A stretch of 64,000 nt of DNA from an uncultured Nitrospiraceae bacterium (lineage in GTDB: Bacteria > Nitrospirota > Thermodesulfovibrionia > Thermodesulfovibrionales > SM23-35): NCBI GenBank assembly GCA_963727775.1, contig CAVSHB010000004.1:1-64000 (forward strand), given 5' to 3'. A program made the position numbers and the translations under genes. The notes beneath the pieces were generated by a model that did not search any database, had not been told where the DNA came from, and saw only the letters and a list, made by a program, of their open reading frames with translations. Shown here piece after piece: positions 40,477 through 50,544 of this stretch (the first letter of the stretch is position 1; every line of letters starts with the position of its first letter).

Positions 40477-41425
40477 AACAATTCTTTCACTCATAATTGT
40501 CTTTGGAGTTCTCACCGCAGTCCTATCCGTTGCCGCAGGGCTCATATGGCTGGAACGCAGACTACTCGCAGTCTGGCAGGACAGATACGGTCCGAACCGC
40601 GTCGGTACTTTCGGGTTGCTCCAGGTAGTTACCGACATGATAAAGCTCTTCGCAAAGGAAGACTGGATACCGCCTTTTGCGGACAAGCCCGTCTTTGTCA
40701 TTGCTCCTGCTATCATCATGGTCACTGTTTTGCTTTCCTTTATCATTGTCCCTTTTACGCCATACATAAAAGTGGTAAACCTCAACATCGGCGTGCTTTT
40801 CTTTCTGGCAATGTCGTCCATGGGCGTGTATAGTGTTGCTTTGGCAGGATGGGCCTCGAACAATAAATATTCTTTGATCGGCGGCCTTCGGGCTTCAGCG
40901 CAGATGATCAGCTACGAGATTTTCATGGGACTGTCGCTTATGGGTGTTGTCATACTCGCGGGTTCATTTGATCTGAGTAACATTGTTGAGGCCCAGAAAA
41001 GCTTGTGGTACTGTGTCCCGCAGTTACCCGGTCTTTTGATCTTTTTGATAGCCGGTATTGCCGAAACGCGCAGACTGCCGTTTGACCTGCCCGAAGCTGA
41101 AAGCGAACTGGTGGCCGGGTTTCATTCGGAATATTCAGGCATGAAATTCGGCATGTTTTTTGTAGGAGAGTACATCGGCATTACGCTCGTCTCCGCCATG
41201 ATCGTAACTCTCTTCTTCGGCGGCTGGCTCGGGCCGGTCCTTCCGCCGCTGCTGTGGTTTTGCCTTAAAACACTTTTTTTCATCTGTATGTTCATACTGC
41301 TCAGGGCTTCTCTGCCGAGACCTAGGTTCGACCAGCTCATGTCATACGGATGGAAAATTCTCCTTCCGCTGTCGCTGCTGAACCTTTTAGTAACAGGAGG
41401 GCTTTTACTTGCGACGGGACATTAA
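40469..41425 (+). CDS. nuoH: NADH-quinone oxidoreductase subunit H
   Basis: [31 protein letters not shown]. Confidence 0.96.
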   Translation: MGETILSLIIVFGVLTAVLSVAAGLIWLERRLLAVWQDRYGPNRVGTFGLLQVVTDMIKLFAKEDWIPPFADKPVFVIAPAIIMVTVLLSFIIVPFTPYIKVVNLNIGVLFFLAMSSMGVYSVALAGWASNNKYSLIGGLRASAQMISYEIFMGLSLMGVVILAGSFDLSNIVEAQKSLWYCVPQLPGLLIFLIAGIAETRRLPFDLPEAESELVAGFHSEYSGMKFGMFFVGEYIGITLVSAMIVTLFFGGWLGPVLPPLLWFCLKTLFFICMFILLRASLPRPRFDQLMSYGWKILLPLSLLNLLVTGGLLLATGH

Positions 41426-41441
41426 AAAGAAAATTAATGAT

Positions 41442-41584
41442 AGGTATAAGGACAGGAAAACCTTTACCAATCGCAATCCGATATTTCGGAGCCAATGCGT
41501 TACAGAGAAAAGCATAAAGCTTTATTTGGAAAGCAATCGTCTTACAAAGGTGGCGATAATAAAGCTTTTCCTGCCCTTATACCT
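41442..41584. repeat. MITE-like inverted-repeat insert between nuoH and nuoI
   Basis: AGGTATAAGGACAGGAAAACCTTTA versus the reverse complement of the right end AGGTATAAGGGCAGGAAAAGCTTTA. Confidence 0.65.
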
Positions 41585-41628
41585 TCTTTATTATAATCAT
41601 AATTACCTCTCGGGGCTAAGGTGATTCA

Positions 41629-42144
41629 ATGCTGAGTTTATTGAGAAGTATCTGGAGGGTGTTCCTGCATATGTTTCGCAAGCGGGAAACCATTCTGTAT
41701 CCCGAGGAAAAGCCTTATATACCGCCGAGATGGAGGGGCCGCATTGTCCTTTCGCGCGATCCCGACGGAGGCGAAAGATGCGTTGCCTGTTACCTGTGCG
41801 CTGTTGCATGTCCGGTGGATTGCATATCTTTGCAGGCGACTGAAGATAAAAGCGGAAGACGCTACCCCGAGTTTTTCCGAATAAACTTTTCGCGCTGTAT
41901 TTTCTGCGGCTTCTGCGAAGAGGCTTGTCCGACTTATGCCATACAGCTTACAACCGATTTTGAGATGAGCGAATACGTCCGGCAGAATCTTGTATATGAA
42001 AAAAAAGACCTCTTAATCAGCGGTACCGGAAAATATCCGGGGTATAATTTTTACAAGGTTGCGGGATTGGCTGTCGCCGGAAAAGGTAAAGGGGAAGCGG
42101 AGAATGAAGAGCCGCCTGTGGACCCAAAAAGCTTAATGCCGTAA
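41629..42144 (+). CDS. nuoI: NADH-quinone oxidoreductase subunit I
   Basis: [24 protein letters not shown]. Confidence 0.96.
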   Translation: MLSLLRSIWRVFLHMFRKRETILYPEEKPYIPPRWRGRIVLSRDPDGGERCVACYLCAVACPVDCISLQATEDKSGRRYPEFFRINFSRCIFCGFCEEACPTYAIQLTTDFEMSEYVRQNLVYEKKDLLISGTGKYPGYNFYKVAGLAVAGKGKGEAENEEPPVDPKSLMP

Positions 42145-42153
42145 AGAGGAATT

Positions 42154-42672
42154 ATGGATGAGGTATTTTTAATTTCCGCCGCAGTGGCGATCATATCGAC
42201 CGTGATGGTCATAACACGGTTGAACGTAGTGCACGCGCTCCTTTATCTCATCGTATCTCTGCTGTCGGTATCATTGGTCTTCTTTACACTCGGGGCCCCA
42301 TTTGCTGCTGCCCTTGAAGTAATCATTTATGCAGGGGCCATTATGGTGCTTTTCGTTTTCGTAATCATGATGCTTAATCTCGGTCCTCAGGCCATTCAGC
42401 AAGAACGACAATGGCTCAATCTGAAAATGTGGACCGGTCCGGCTGTCCTTACATTGATTCTCTTTACCGAGCTGATTTATATGCTCTCACGTCATGCCGA
42501 TCATCCGGCTTTTACAAATATCATCAGTCCGAAACAGTTAGGCGTCGCCCTTTTCGGTCCTTATATACTGGGAGTTGAGATGGCCTCGATGCTCTTGTTG
42601 GCCGGACTTACAGGCGCCTATCACCTTGGCCGGCGTGATGATTCAGCGAAAACGGGTGGGACAATATCATGA
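42154..42672 (+). CDS. nuoJ: NADH-quinone oxidoreductase subunit J
   Basis: VHALLYL, EVIIYAGAIMVLFVFVIMML. Confidence 0.95.
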   Translation: MDEVFLISAAVAIISTVMVITRLNVVHALLYLIVSLLSVSLVFFTLGAPFAAALEVIIYAGAIMVLFVFVIMMLNLGPQAIQQERQWLNLKMWTGPAVLTLILFTELIYMLSRHADHPAFTNIISPKQLGVALFGPYILGVEMASMLLLAGLTGAYHLGRRDDSAKTGGTIS

Positions 42673-42977
42673 TGTCGATTCCTGAACACTATGGTATCAT
42701 CCTGTCCGGAATCCTTTTTGTGCTCGGGTTGACCGGTGTTCTCGTGCGCAGAAATATCATATTTATCCTGCTTTCCGTCGAGATCATGCTGAACGCCTCG
42801 GGGCTCGCGTTTATCGTTGCGGGGGCGCGATGGGGAGATGCGGACGGACAGATCATGTTCATCTTTATCCTGGCTACAGCGGCAGCTGAAGTGTCTGTGG
42901 GTCTGGCGCTCGTTCTTCAGATCTATCATCAAATCAAGACGCTCGATGCGGATTCCGCAAATAAAATGAGGGGATAA
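42669..42977 (+). CDS. nuoK: NADH-quinone oxidoreductase subunit K
   Basis: RRN...SVEIMLN, DGQ, AAAEVSVGLAL. Confidence 0.95.
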   Translation: MMSIPEHYGIILSGILFVLGLTGVLVRRNIIFILLSVEIMLNASGLAFIVAGARWGDADGQIMFIFILATAAAEVSVGLALVLQIYHQIKTLDADSANKMRG

Positions 42978-44848
42978 TGCTTCAACTATTATGGCTGATA
43001 CCTGCCCTGCCTTTTGCCGCTTTCCTTATGCTGGCGCTGTCCGGACGCAGGTTTTCTGAAAAAGTTGCGGCGTTCATCGGGGTAATCTTCGTGGGTATTT
43101 CCGCGATATTGGCGCTCCTGGCAGGAGCAAGTTTCATTTTTGCTACCCCGCCGGGCAATGCATATACACAGACTCTCTGGAACTGGGTACAAGTCGATGG
43201 GTTTGCCCCCATGGTATCACTGCGTCTTGATGCGCTGTCACTGGTAATGATTGTAGTAGTAACATTTGTCGGTTTTCTTATCCATCTTTATTCGATCGAA
43301 TTTATGAAGGGCGATGAAGGGTATAGCCGTTTCTTTGCTTATATGAATCTGTTCGTCGGCTCCATGCTCACACTGGTCTTGGCCGATGACCTGCTTCTTC
43401 TTTACCTCGGATGGGAAGGGGTGGGACTATGCAGCTATCTCCTCATTGGCTTTTGGTATCGTGACCCGGCAAACGGCCGCGCAGCCCTTAAAGCGTTCAT
43501 TGTTACCCGAATTGGTGACGCTTCACTGGCCATAGGTCTGTTCCTGCTTTTTACTAACCTCGGAACATTGCAGATACAGCAGCTGATGCACATCGCCCCA
43601 CAGAAATTGCCTGTCGGATCAGGGCTTGCCGTGGCGTCTGCCGCACTGCTGCTCGGAGGGGCCGTAGGCAAATCCGCGCAGCTCCCTCTCCAGACATGGC
43701 TTCCGGATGCAATGGCAGGCCCTACTCCCGTGAGCGCCCTTATCCATGCCGCAACAATGGTGACCGCCGGTGTTTACCTTCTTGCCCGCACGCACGTGCT
43801 TTTTGCGCTTGCGCCTGTTGTCCAGACTGCAACGGCCATAATCGGAGCGGCGACCTTGCTCCTTGCAGGCTTCAGCGCCCTCACACAGCGCGACATCAAG
43901 CGCGCCCTCGCCTATTCGACTATGAGCCAGATTGGATACATGTTCCTTGCACTCGGTGTCGGAGCATGGTCTGCAGCTATTTTCCATTTCGTGACCCACG
44001 CTTTTTTTAAGGCCCTCCTTTTCCTCGGCGCAGGTGTTGTTATCCTTGCGTTGGACCAGGAACATGATATGCTGAAGATGGGAGGACTCAGAAAACAGTT
44101 GCCTGTCACGTTCTGGACCTTTCTTATCGGTTCGGCATCTTTGTCGGCGTTGCCTATAATTACAGCCGGATTTTACAGCAAGGACCTGATCCTTTGGAAT
44201 GTCTGGGCTTCAAGTTCAGGGAATGTCTGGTTTTATATAGCAGGATTGTCAGGCGCATTCATTACTTCGATTTACACCTTCCGCATGCTGTTTTTGACCT
44301 TCTCCGGAGACGCTGCGACCCAGGTGAGTCGTAAACCCGGTGTATTAATGACCCTGCCCTTAATTATTCTGGCTGCGCTATCGTTGACAGCAGGTTTTAT
44401 TGACCTACCCGGATTCCTTCACACTGTTCTGCCTCCAGTGACCATAGCCACAAAGGACTTGAGCGCCGAAGGAAATTTGCGGTTCGTTGCCTCTCTGATT
44501 GTTCTCATAGGAATTATATTTGCGTACAGATATTTTCTCCATAGCCCCCAACACACGGGCCGCAGAGAGAAGATTATCCGTAATCCGATCGTCTATGCTA
44601 TACACTGCTTCTTATTTCAGGGCTGGAACTTTGATCTGATGTATGACAAAGTGTTTGTGCAGCCTTTTTTATGGACTGCGCGTATCAACAGAAATGATTT
44701 CATAGATGGCATATCACTCGGGATAGCGCTGCTTTGCCGTGCAGGTAATCGCGCCCTCAGTTTCACTCAGTCCGGGAAAATTCGGTGGTACGCAATGGGT
44801 ATCGCTGTCGGCGCAGTCATTATCATAGGTATCGTGGAGATTTTATGA
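42977..44848 (+). CDS. nuoL: NADH-quinone oxidoreductase subunit L
   Basis: GWEGVGLCSYLLIGFW, KSAQLPLQTWLPDAMAGPTPVSALIHAATMV. Confidence 0.96.
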   Translation: MLQLLWLIPALPFAAFLMLALSGRRFSEKVAAFIGVIFVGISAILALLAGASFIFATPPGNAYTQTLWNWVQVDGFAPMVSLRLDALSLVMIVVVTFVGFLIHLYSIEFMKGDEGYSRFFAYMNLFVGSMLTLVLADDLLLLYLGWEGVGLCSYLLIGFWYRDPANGRAALKAFIVTRIGDASLAIGLFLLFTNLGTLQIQQLMHIAPQKLPVGSGLAVASAALLLGGAVGKSAQLPLQTWLPDAMAGPTPVSALIHAATMVTAGVYLLARTHVLFALAPVVQTATAIIGAATLLLAGFSALTQRDIKRALAYSTMSQIGYMFLALGVGAWSAAIFHFVTHAFFKALLFLGAGVVILALDQEHDMLKMGGLRKQLPVTFWTFLIGSASLSALPIITAGFYSKDLILWNVWASSSGNVWFYIAGLSGAFITSIYTFRMLFLTFSGDAATQVSRKPGVLMTLPLIILAALSLTAGFIDLPGFLHTVLPPVTIATKDLSAEGNLRFVASLIVLIGIIFAYRYFLHSPQHTGRREKIIRNPIVYAIHCFLFQGWNFDLMYDKVFVQPFLWTARINRNDFIDGISLGIALLCRAGNRALSFTQSGKIRWYAMGIAVGAVIIIGIVEIL

Positions 44849-46428
44849 TATTACTATATCTTATTCTTATCCCTCTGACAGGTGGCCTGTTGTCGTGGGT
44901 CCTTGGCCGCCGAAATCCCAGGCTACCATTCCGGATTTCATTGATCGCCATGACGTCGGACCTTTTCATCACACTTTTTTTGTGGTTTGCATATTATCAA
45001 AACATAGCTCTTGAAAGTCGCGGGAGATGGCTGATCGAATTGAACTGTAAATGGATTCCCCAATTGGGAATCGGTTTTCACCTGGCCATGGACAGCCTCA
45101 GTCTTGTCCTTGTCACGCTCACGGCTTTCCTCGGCATTATGGCCGTTGCGTCTTCACCGACAGAGATAAAAGAAAAGATCGGGTTCTTTCATTTCAACCT
45201 GATGTTCGTGTTAGCAGGAATTATCGGGGTTTTCCTTGCTATGGATCTGTTCCTCTTCTATTTTTTCTGGGAACTCATGCTGGTGCCTATGTATTTCCTC
45301 ATTGCTGCTTGGGGCCATGAAAACCGAATTTATGCGTCCATCAAGTTTTTCCTCTTTACACAGCTCAGCGGACTGCTTATGTTTGCTGCTATTCTCGGAC
45401 TATATTTTGTCCACGGAAACAATACCGGCATATATACATTCGATTATATGCAGTTGCTCGGGACGTCCATGCCTGCATCCACGGCGATGTGGCTTATGCT
45501 CGGTTTCTTCATTGCCTTTGCAGTTAAACTTCCCGTTGTTCCTGTGCATAACTGGCTGCCTGATGCCCATACAGAAGCGCCGACTGCCGGGAGTGTGATC
45601 CTCGCCGGGCTTTTGCTTAAAACCGGGGCTTACGGATTACTCCGCTTTGTAATCCCGTTGTTCCCCGAAGCAGCAGCTGCTTTCAGTCCTGTAGCCATGA
45701 CGCTTGCCGTCATCGGGATCCTTTACGGCGCCTTTATGGCTTTTGCGCAGACAGACCTCAAGCGTCTTATCGCATATACAAGCGTAAGCCACATGGGGTT
45801 TGTGCTCCTCGGAATATTTGCATGGAACATGCTTTCATTGCAGGGCGCGGTCCTGCAGATGGTATGTCACGGCATAAGCACCGGAGCGCTTTTTATTATC
45901 GCAGGAGCTTTGCAGGAGAGAATACATACCAGGGATATAAACCGCATGGGCGGACTCTGGTCAACCGCGCCGCGCATGGGCGCGACCGGACTTTGCCTTG
46001 CACTTGCATCTTTAGGGCTGCCCGGAATGGGCAATTTCATTGCCGAGTTTCTCGTGCTTTTAGGGTCCTATAGGATAAATATCGCTCTGACAGTATTTGC
46101 AACGACCGGACTTGTTATCGCAACAATATATGCATTGTGGATGATACAGGCGACCTTCTTCGGAGTAAATAAGGAAGGATGGAAGGTCCCTGATTTCTCA
46201 GTACGGGAAACGGCTGTTATGTTTGTAATGATTATGACCCTGCTCTGGCTCGGCATTTATCCGCAACCTTTATTAAACACAACAGGACAATCCCTTGGCG
46301 TCATGCAAAAAACCGTCGAAGAAATGCGCTCTGAAAAATCACCCGCTCAAGCCGGACAATCCTTGAAGGGAGACATTAATAATAACGTTGCCGCTTTTTT
46401 GTCAAAGGTGACCGATGACAATAAATGA
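44845..46428 (+). CDS. nuoM: NADH-quinone oxidoreductase subunit M
   Basis: FFWELMLVPMY, WLPDAHTEAPTAGS, KRLIAYTSVSHMG. ATG at 44845 overlaps the nuoL stop. Confidence 0.95.
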   Translation: MILLYLILIPLTGGLLSWVLGRRNPRLPFRISLIAMTSDLFITLFLWFAYYQNIALESRGRWLIELNCKWIPQLGIGFHLAMDSLSLVLVTLTAFLGIMAVASSPTEIKEKIGFFHFNLMFVLAGIIGVFLAMDLFLFYFFWELMLVPMYFLIAAWGHENRIYASIKFFLFTQLSGLLMFAAILGLYFVHGNNTGIYTFDYMQLLGTSMPASTAMWLMLGFFIAFAVKLPVVPVHNWLPDAHTEAPTAGSVILAGLLLKTGAYGLLRFVIPLFPEAAAAFSPVAMTLAVIGILYGAFMAFAQTDLKRLIAYTSVSHMGFVLLGIFAWNMLSLQGAVLQMVCHGISTGALFIIAGALQERIHTRDINRMGGLWSTAPRMGATGLCLALASLGLPGMGNFIAEFLVLLGSYRINIALTVFATTGLVIATIYALWMIQATFFGVNKEGWKVPDFSVRETAVMFVMIMTLLWLGIYPQPLLNTTGQSLGVMQKTVEEMRSEKSPAQAGQSLKGDINNNVAAFLSKVTDDNK

Positions 46429-47851
46429 TATATTTGTTCTGTTGCCTTTAATTGTGATAGCCGCAACCGCATTGGTCGTCATGCTTGCAATCGCTTTCCA
46501 CCGCAGTCATATACTCAGCGCCATACTGACATCCACCGGAATTGCAGGATCTTTAGCATCACTCGCAAAGTCCTCCACATTATTGCCGCGCCGGGTAACT
46601 TTGCTTTTTGTCTTTGACCATTATGCAATCTTCTTCTCAGGGCTGATACTCATCGCAAGTTTATTTGTAACTGTTTTGTCATATGCTTATCTTAAAATGC
46701 AAGAGAGAAACCGTGAGGAATTCTACATCCTCCTTCTCCTGTCAATACTTGGCGCGATGGTCCTTATTTCCGGCAGCCACTTCGCTTCCTTCTTCCTGGG
46801 GATTGAAACCCTGAGCGTAAGCCTCTATGCCCTTATTGCCTATCTTTGCGCCTGCGAACGCAGCATAGAGGCCGGGATTAAATATCTCATCCTCGCTTCA
46901 GTTTCTGCGGCATTCCTGCTATTCGGCATGGCTCTCATTTATGCGGAATTGGGGACAATGGATTTCGCCCGGATTGCGGCTGGAATTTCCCTTGCGGGAG
47001 TTCATAATATATTTTTTCTCACGGGTACCGCAATGATAATCACAGGAGTGGGATTTAAACTGGCACTGGCGCCTTTTCATATGTGGACCCCTGATGTATA
47101 TGAAGGCGCTCCCGCGCCTGTCACCGCTTTTATAGCGACAGTATCAAAGGGTGCCGTGTTTGCCCTTTTGCTGAGATATTTTACCCTGATGGATATCCAC
47201 CTCTATGATTCGTTGTTCCTGATATTCGCGCTCATGGCGGCTGCTTCAATGTTCATAGGAAACCTGCTCGCTCTGACGCAGAACAATGTCAAGCGTATCC
47301 TTGCTTATTCGTCGATCTCGCATATGGGCTACTTGCTTGTGGCTTTCCTTGCGGTCAAAACATATGCTGTGACAGCCGTGGCCTTCTACCTTACCGCCTA
47401 TTTTATAACTACCCTGGGGGCTTTCGGCGTCGTCTCCGTATTATACGAGGGACACAGGGAAGCGGATGATATCGATGATTATATCGGTATGGCATGGAGA
47501 AGGCCGTTATTGGGCGGCGTTTTTACCTTAATGCTGCTCTCGCTGGCAGGCATTCCACTGACTGCGGGTTTCATGGGGAAATTTTATATTATGGCAGCGG
47601 GGGTCGGCTCGTCTCTATGGCTGCTCGTGATAACCCTCGTGATAAACAGCGCCATCGGACTATTCTATTACCTGAGGATTATTGTTGCCTTATACAAAAG
47701 GAGTGACGAGAAAGATGCTGCTGTTTCAGGTATTTCCTGGTCAAGCGGTATTGCGCTCGCGGCACTTTCGATATTACTTATATGGCTGGGCGTATATCCG
47801 GCCTTTTTTATTGATATGATCCGCATAATTATCAGCGGCAATATTACATAG
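46415..47851 (+). CDS. nuoN: NADH-quinone oxidoreductase subunit N
   Basis: [40 protein letters not shown]. Confidence 0.95.
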   Translation: MTINDIFVLLPLIVIAATALVVMLAIAFHRSHILSAILTSTGIAGSLASLAKSSTLLPRRVTLLFVFDHYAIFFSGLILIASLFVTVLSYAYLKMQERNREEFYILLLLSILGAMVLISGSHFASFFLGIETLSVSLYALIAYLCACERSIEAGIKYLILASVSAAFLLFGMALIYAELGTMDFARIAAGISLAGVHNIFFLTGTAMIITGVGFKLALAPFHMWTPDVYEGAPAPVTAFIATVSKGAVFALLLRYFTLMDIHLYDSLFLIFALMAAASMFIGNLLALTQNNVKRILAYSSISHMGYLLVAFLAVKTYAVTAVAFYLTAYFITTLGAFGVVSVLYEGHREADDIDDYIGMAWRRPLLGGVFTLMLLSLAGIPLTAGFMGKFYIMAAGVGSSLWLLVITLVINSAIGLFYYLRIIVALYKRSDEKDAAVSGISWSSGIALAALSILLIWLGVYPAFFIDMIRIIISGNIT

Positions 47852-47873
47852 GGGAATAACGGAGGAATATATT

Positions 47874-48410
47874 ATGGAAGGAAATATCCAAGCCGGCATG
47901 TCTGATAAGCCCGGCGCTACACGTCGCGCTTTTCTCAAGATGCTTATCATGGTGATAACTTTTTTTACCTCACTGATATTGGGAATACCTTTCGTTAGGT
48001 CCCTTATTGTATCAAAGTCCAGCGAAGCCAAACAGGTTTGGCACAGGGTGGCTGAAATTAATTCACTGCCTGAAGGCCGGCCGATAAAGTTGAACTTTTT
48101 TGCTCGCGTCGAAGACGCCTACAGGCATGAAGCCGCGATGCATTCAGTCTGGGCTGTAAAACACTCAGAGTCGGATATAACGGTATACTCTCCGATATGC
48201 ACACATCTCGGCTGTTATTACAAATGGAATGCCGGGACCGGACACTTCGAATGTCCATGCCATGGAAGTATATTTTCAGTAGATGGGAAAGTACTTGGCG
48301 GCCCTGCGCCGCGTCCCCTTGATACACTGCTTTCAAGAATAGATAATGGGGCTTTGTTCGTTGCATGGGAGCAGTTCAAGGTCGGAATACCTGAAAAGGT
48401 GCGGGTATAG
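47874..48410 (+). CDS. Rieske iron-sulfur subunit of a Rieske/cytochrome b complex
   Basis: Tat motif TRRAFLK, CTHLGC, CPCHGS, GPAPRPL. Confidence 0.93.
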   Translation: MEGNIQAGMSDKPGATRRAFLKMLIMVITFFTSLILGIPFVRSLIVSKSSEAKQVWHRVAEINSLPEGRPIKLNFFARVEDAYRHEAAMHSVWAVKHSESDITVYSPICTHLGCYYKWNAGTGHFECPCHGSIFSVDGKVLGGPAPRPLDTLLSRIDNGALFVAWEQFKVGIPEKVRV

Positions 48411-48418
48411 GGGGTCTT

Positions 48419-50359
48419 ATGCTTACACGAATCCGGATTTGGTTGAATGAAAGATGGCCGTTCTCTGAACTCGTCCATCTCGCGCTCGACGAAGAGATCC
48501 CAGGCGGCAGCCGCCTCACATATACCCTTGGCAGCGCCCTTATCACTGTTTTCCTGCTTCAGGCAATAACAGGGATTCTTCAGCTTTTCTATTACGTTCC
48601 CGCTGTAGACCATGCCTATGACAGTATCAGTTTTTTGAGGACCCAAATCCCTTTTGGCTGGATGATCAACGGTCTGCATTATTGGGGGGCCAATGCCATG
48701 ATCATTATAATAGCGCTCCATATCTCGCGCGTCTTTGTATGGGGCGCATACCAAAGGCCACGTGAGCTGACATGGCTGTTCGGCGTAAGCCTTTTGCTTA
48801 TCGTTATGGCCTTAAGCTTCACAGGAGGGCCTCTGTCCTGGGACCAAAGAGCCTATTGGGAAGCAGAGGTCGGTACAAGTATTCCAGGTTCTATTCCCGT
48901 TGTGGGCGACGCTATCAAACGAATAATGCGCGGTGGGGACGAGATGGGCCAGTTGACCCTATCGCGCCTTTTTATCGTCCACACAGCGGTTCTGCCTGCG
49001 ACCCTGGTTGCATTAATCGCAGCCCATCTCATTGCCTTGCGCCGTTTCGGCAATGTCGGACCATGGGACGAGACCCAAAGGAAATTTAACGGACCGTTCT
49101 GGCCTGATCAGGTCTTCAAAGATGCGCTCATTTCAGCGCTCATAATTCTTTCACTCATCACATTGGTTGTATTCGCTCCGAAACCCTTTAACGGCGCAGC
49201 AGATCCTTTGGATTCCTTATTCATTCCAAAGCCCGAATGGAACTTCCTCTTCCTTTATGAGGCACTCAAATTCTTTCCGGGAAAGCTCGAACCTTTAGGC
49301 GCGGTGGTCTTCCCCCAGGCGCTGGTTTTTTTATTGATACTGCTCCCTTTTCTTGACCGAGGGCCTGAACGCAACCCTCTGAAGCGTCCCTTGATTTTGG
49401 CGTGCGGAATAATATTCTGGTTAATTATAGTGTCGTTGACCATTGCCGGTTATTACAGTAAACCGGCAATGGGAGAAGCCCCTGCGCCTCCTTCACTGGT
49501 GCCCCGGACAATCGCTTCTTCAGCGGCATCTCAGAGCGGAGCTCAGTTGTTTCAATTGCAGGGCTGCGTTGCATGCCATCGTGTAAATAACGCTGGCGGA
49601 ACAGTCGGCCCCGAGTTGTCAGGAGAAGGGCTCAAGGGCAGGACAAAAGAGTGGCTCATCACTCAAATCAGAAATCCAAAGGAACATAATCCTAATACCA
49701 TCATGCCGTTCTTTGCCGCTCTGAGCAATAAGGATGTAGATACTCTTGTTGCTTATCTGCTCGGCCTTAAAGGCGCGCCGGGCAAGCCTTCGCCTCAAAC
49801 GCCGGATATTACCGGCAAGCCGTCGACTTCCGAACAATCATCGTCGCAACCTGCTACGGATGTCTTTCCTCAAACGAACCCGACTGCATCGCCCTCTCAG
49901 GGACAACCGGGGCCTGCAGCCGACATTATCGGCAGCGCTGAAAGGGGGGCCATGCTATTTGGGATGGAGTGTGCGGCATGTCATGGTCCTGCCGGAACGG
50001 ATAAAGTTCCCAATCCTGGCTCGGCTGAGGCATACGTTCCTGCGCTCAATCCGATTGATAAGGAATTATTCAGCAAAGACCCTAAGGAATTCGCGGGAAA
50101 TATCGACAAGTTTATTCAGCACGGCTCGATACCGGAAGGGACCGGACCGCAGCGCCGGATGCCGGCATTCGGAGACACCAATTCTCTCACCCAGCAGCAG
50201 ATATCAAACGTCGAGGCCTATATCCTGGCTTTAAACAATATTGATCGCGCAGAGATAGTTAATCCCGGAATGCCGCCGAAACGGTTTTTCTTTATAGTAG
50301 TGCCGGCAATTATTTTAATTTTATTTATCCTGGGCGGCATATATAAATGCCTTCCATAA
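48419..50359 (+). CDS. Cytochrome b (b6 + subunit IV-like) fused to two c-type cytochrome domains
   Basis: Four heme-b His (LHYWGA..LHISR; VHTAV..AHLI), PEWN, two CxxCH motifs (CVACH, CAACH) separated by a Pro/Ser/Thr linker. Confidence 0.92.
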   Translation: MLTRIRIWLNERWPFSELVHLALDEEIPGGSRLTYTLGSALITVFLLQAITGILQLFYYVPAVDHAYDSISFLRTQIPFGWMINGLHYWGANAMIIIIALHISRVFVWGAYQRPRELTWLFGVSLLLIVMALSFTGGPLSWDQRAYWEAEVGTSIPGSIPVVGDAIKRIMRGGDEMGQLTLSRLFIVHTAVLPATLVALIAAHLIALRRFGNVGPWDETQRKFNGPFWPDQVFKDALISALIILSLITLVVFAPKPFNGAADPLDSLFIPKPEWNFLFLYEALKFFPGKLEPLGAVVFPQALVFLLILLPFLDRGPERNPLKRPLILACGIIFWLIIVSLTIAGYYSKPAMGEAPAPPSLVPRTIASSAASQSGAQLFQLQGCVACHRVNNAGGTVGPELSGEGLKGRTKEWLITQIRNPKEHNPNTIMPFFAALSNKDVDTLVAYLLGLKGAPGKPSPQTPDITGKPSTSEQSSSQPATDVFPQTNPTASPSQGQPGPAADIIGSAERGAMLFGMECAACHGPAGTDKVPNPGSAEAYVPALNPIDKELFSKDPKEFAGNIDKFIQHGSIPEGTGPQRRMPAFGDTNSLTQQQISNVEAYILALNNIDRAEIVNPGMPPKRFFFIVVPAIILILFILGGIYKCLP

Positions 50360-50374
50360 TCCTAAAACAAATAA

Positions 50375-50520
50375 AATAGTGCAGATGTTGTGAAAAAATT
50401 ATTTTTCGATACCTTAGTGTACCTTAAGAAATTATTTGAGGATTATTTTATGAATGCCGCGATAAAGATATTTTAAATATATTCATCGAGATATAATTTT
50501 TGAACAATGTCTGCATTATT
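50375..50520. repeat. AT-rich inverted-repeat (MITE-like) segment
   Basis: AATAGTGCAGATGTTGTGAAAAAATTA versus reverse complement AATAATGCAGACATTGTTCAAAAATTA. Confidence 0.5.
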
Positions 50521-50544
50521 TGTGCTGATTGATAAGGAGGTCTT

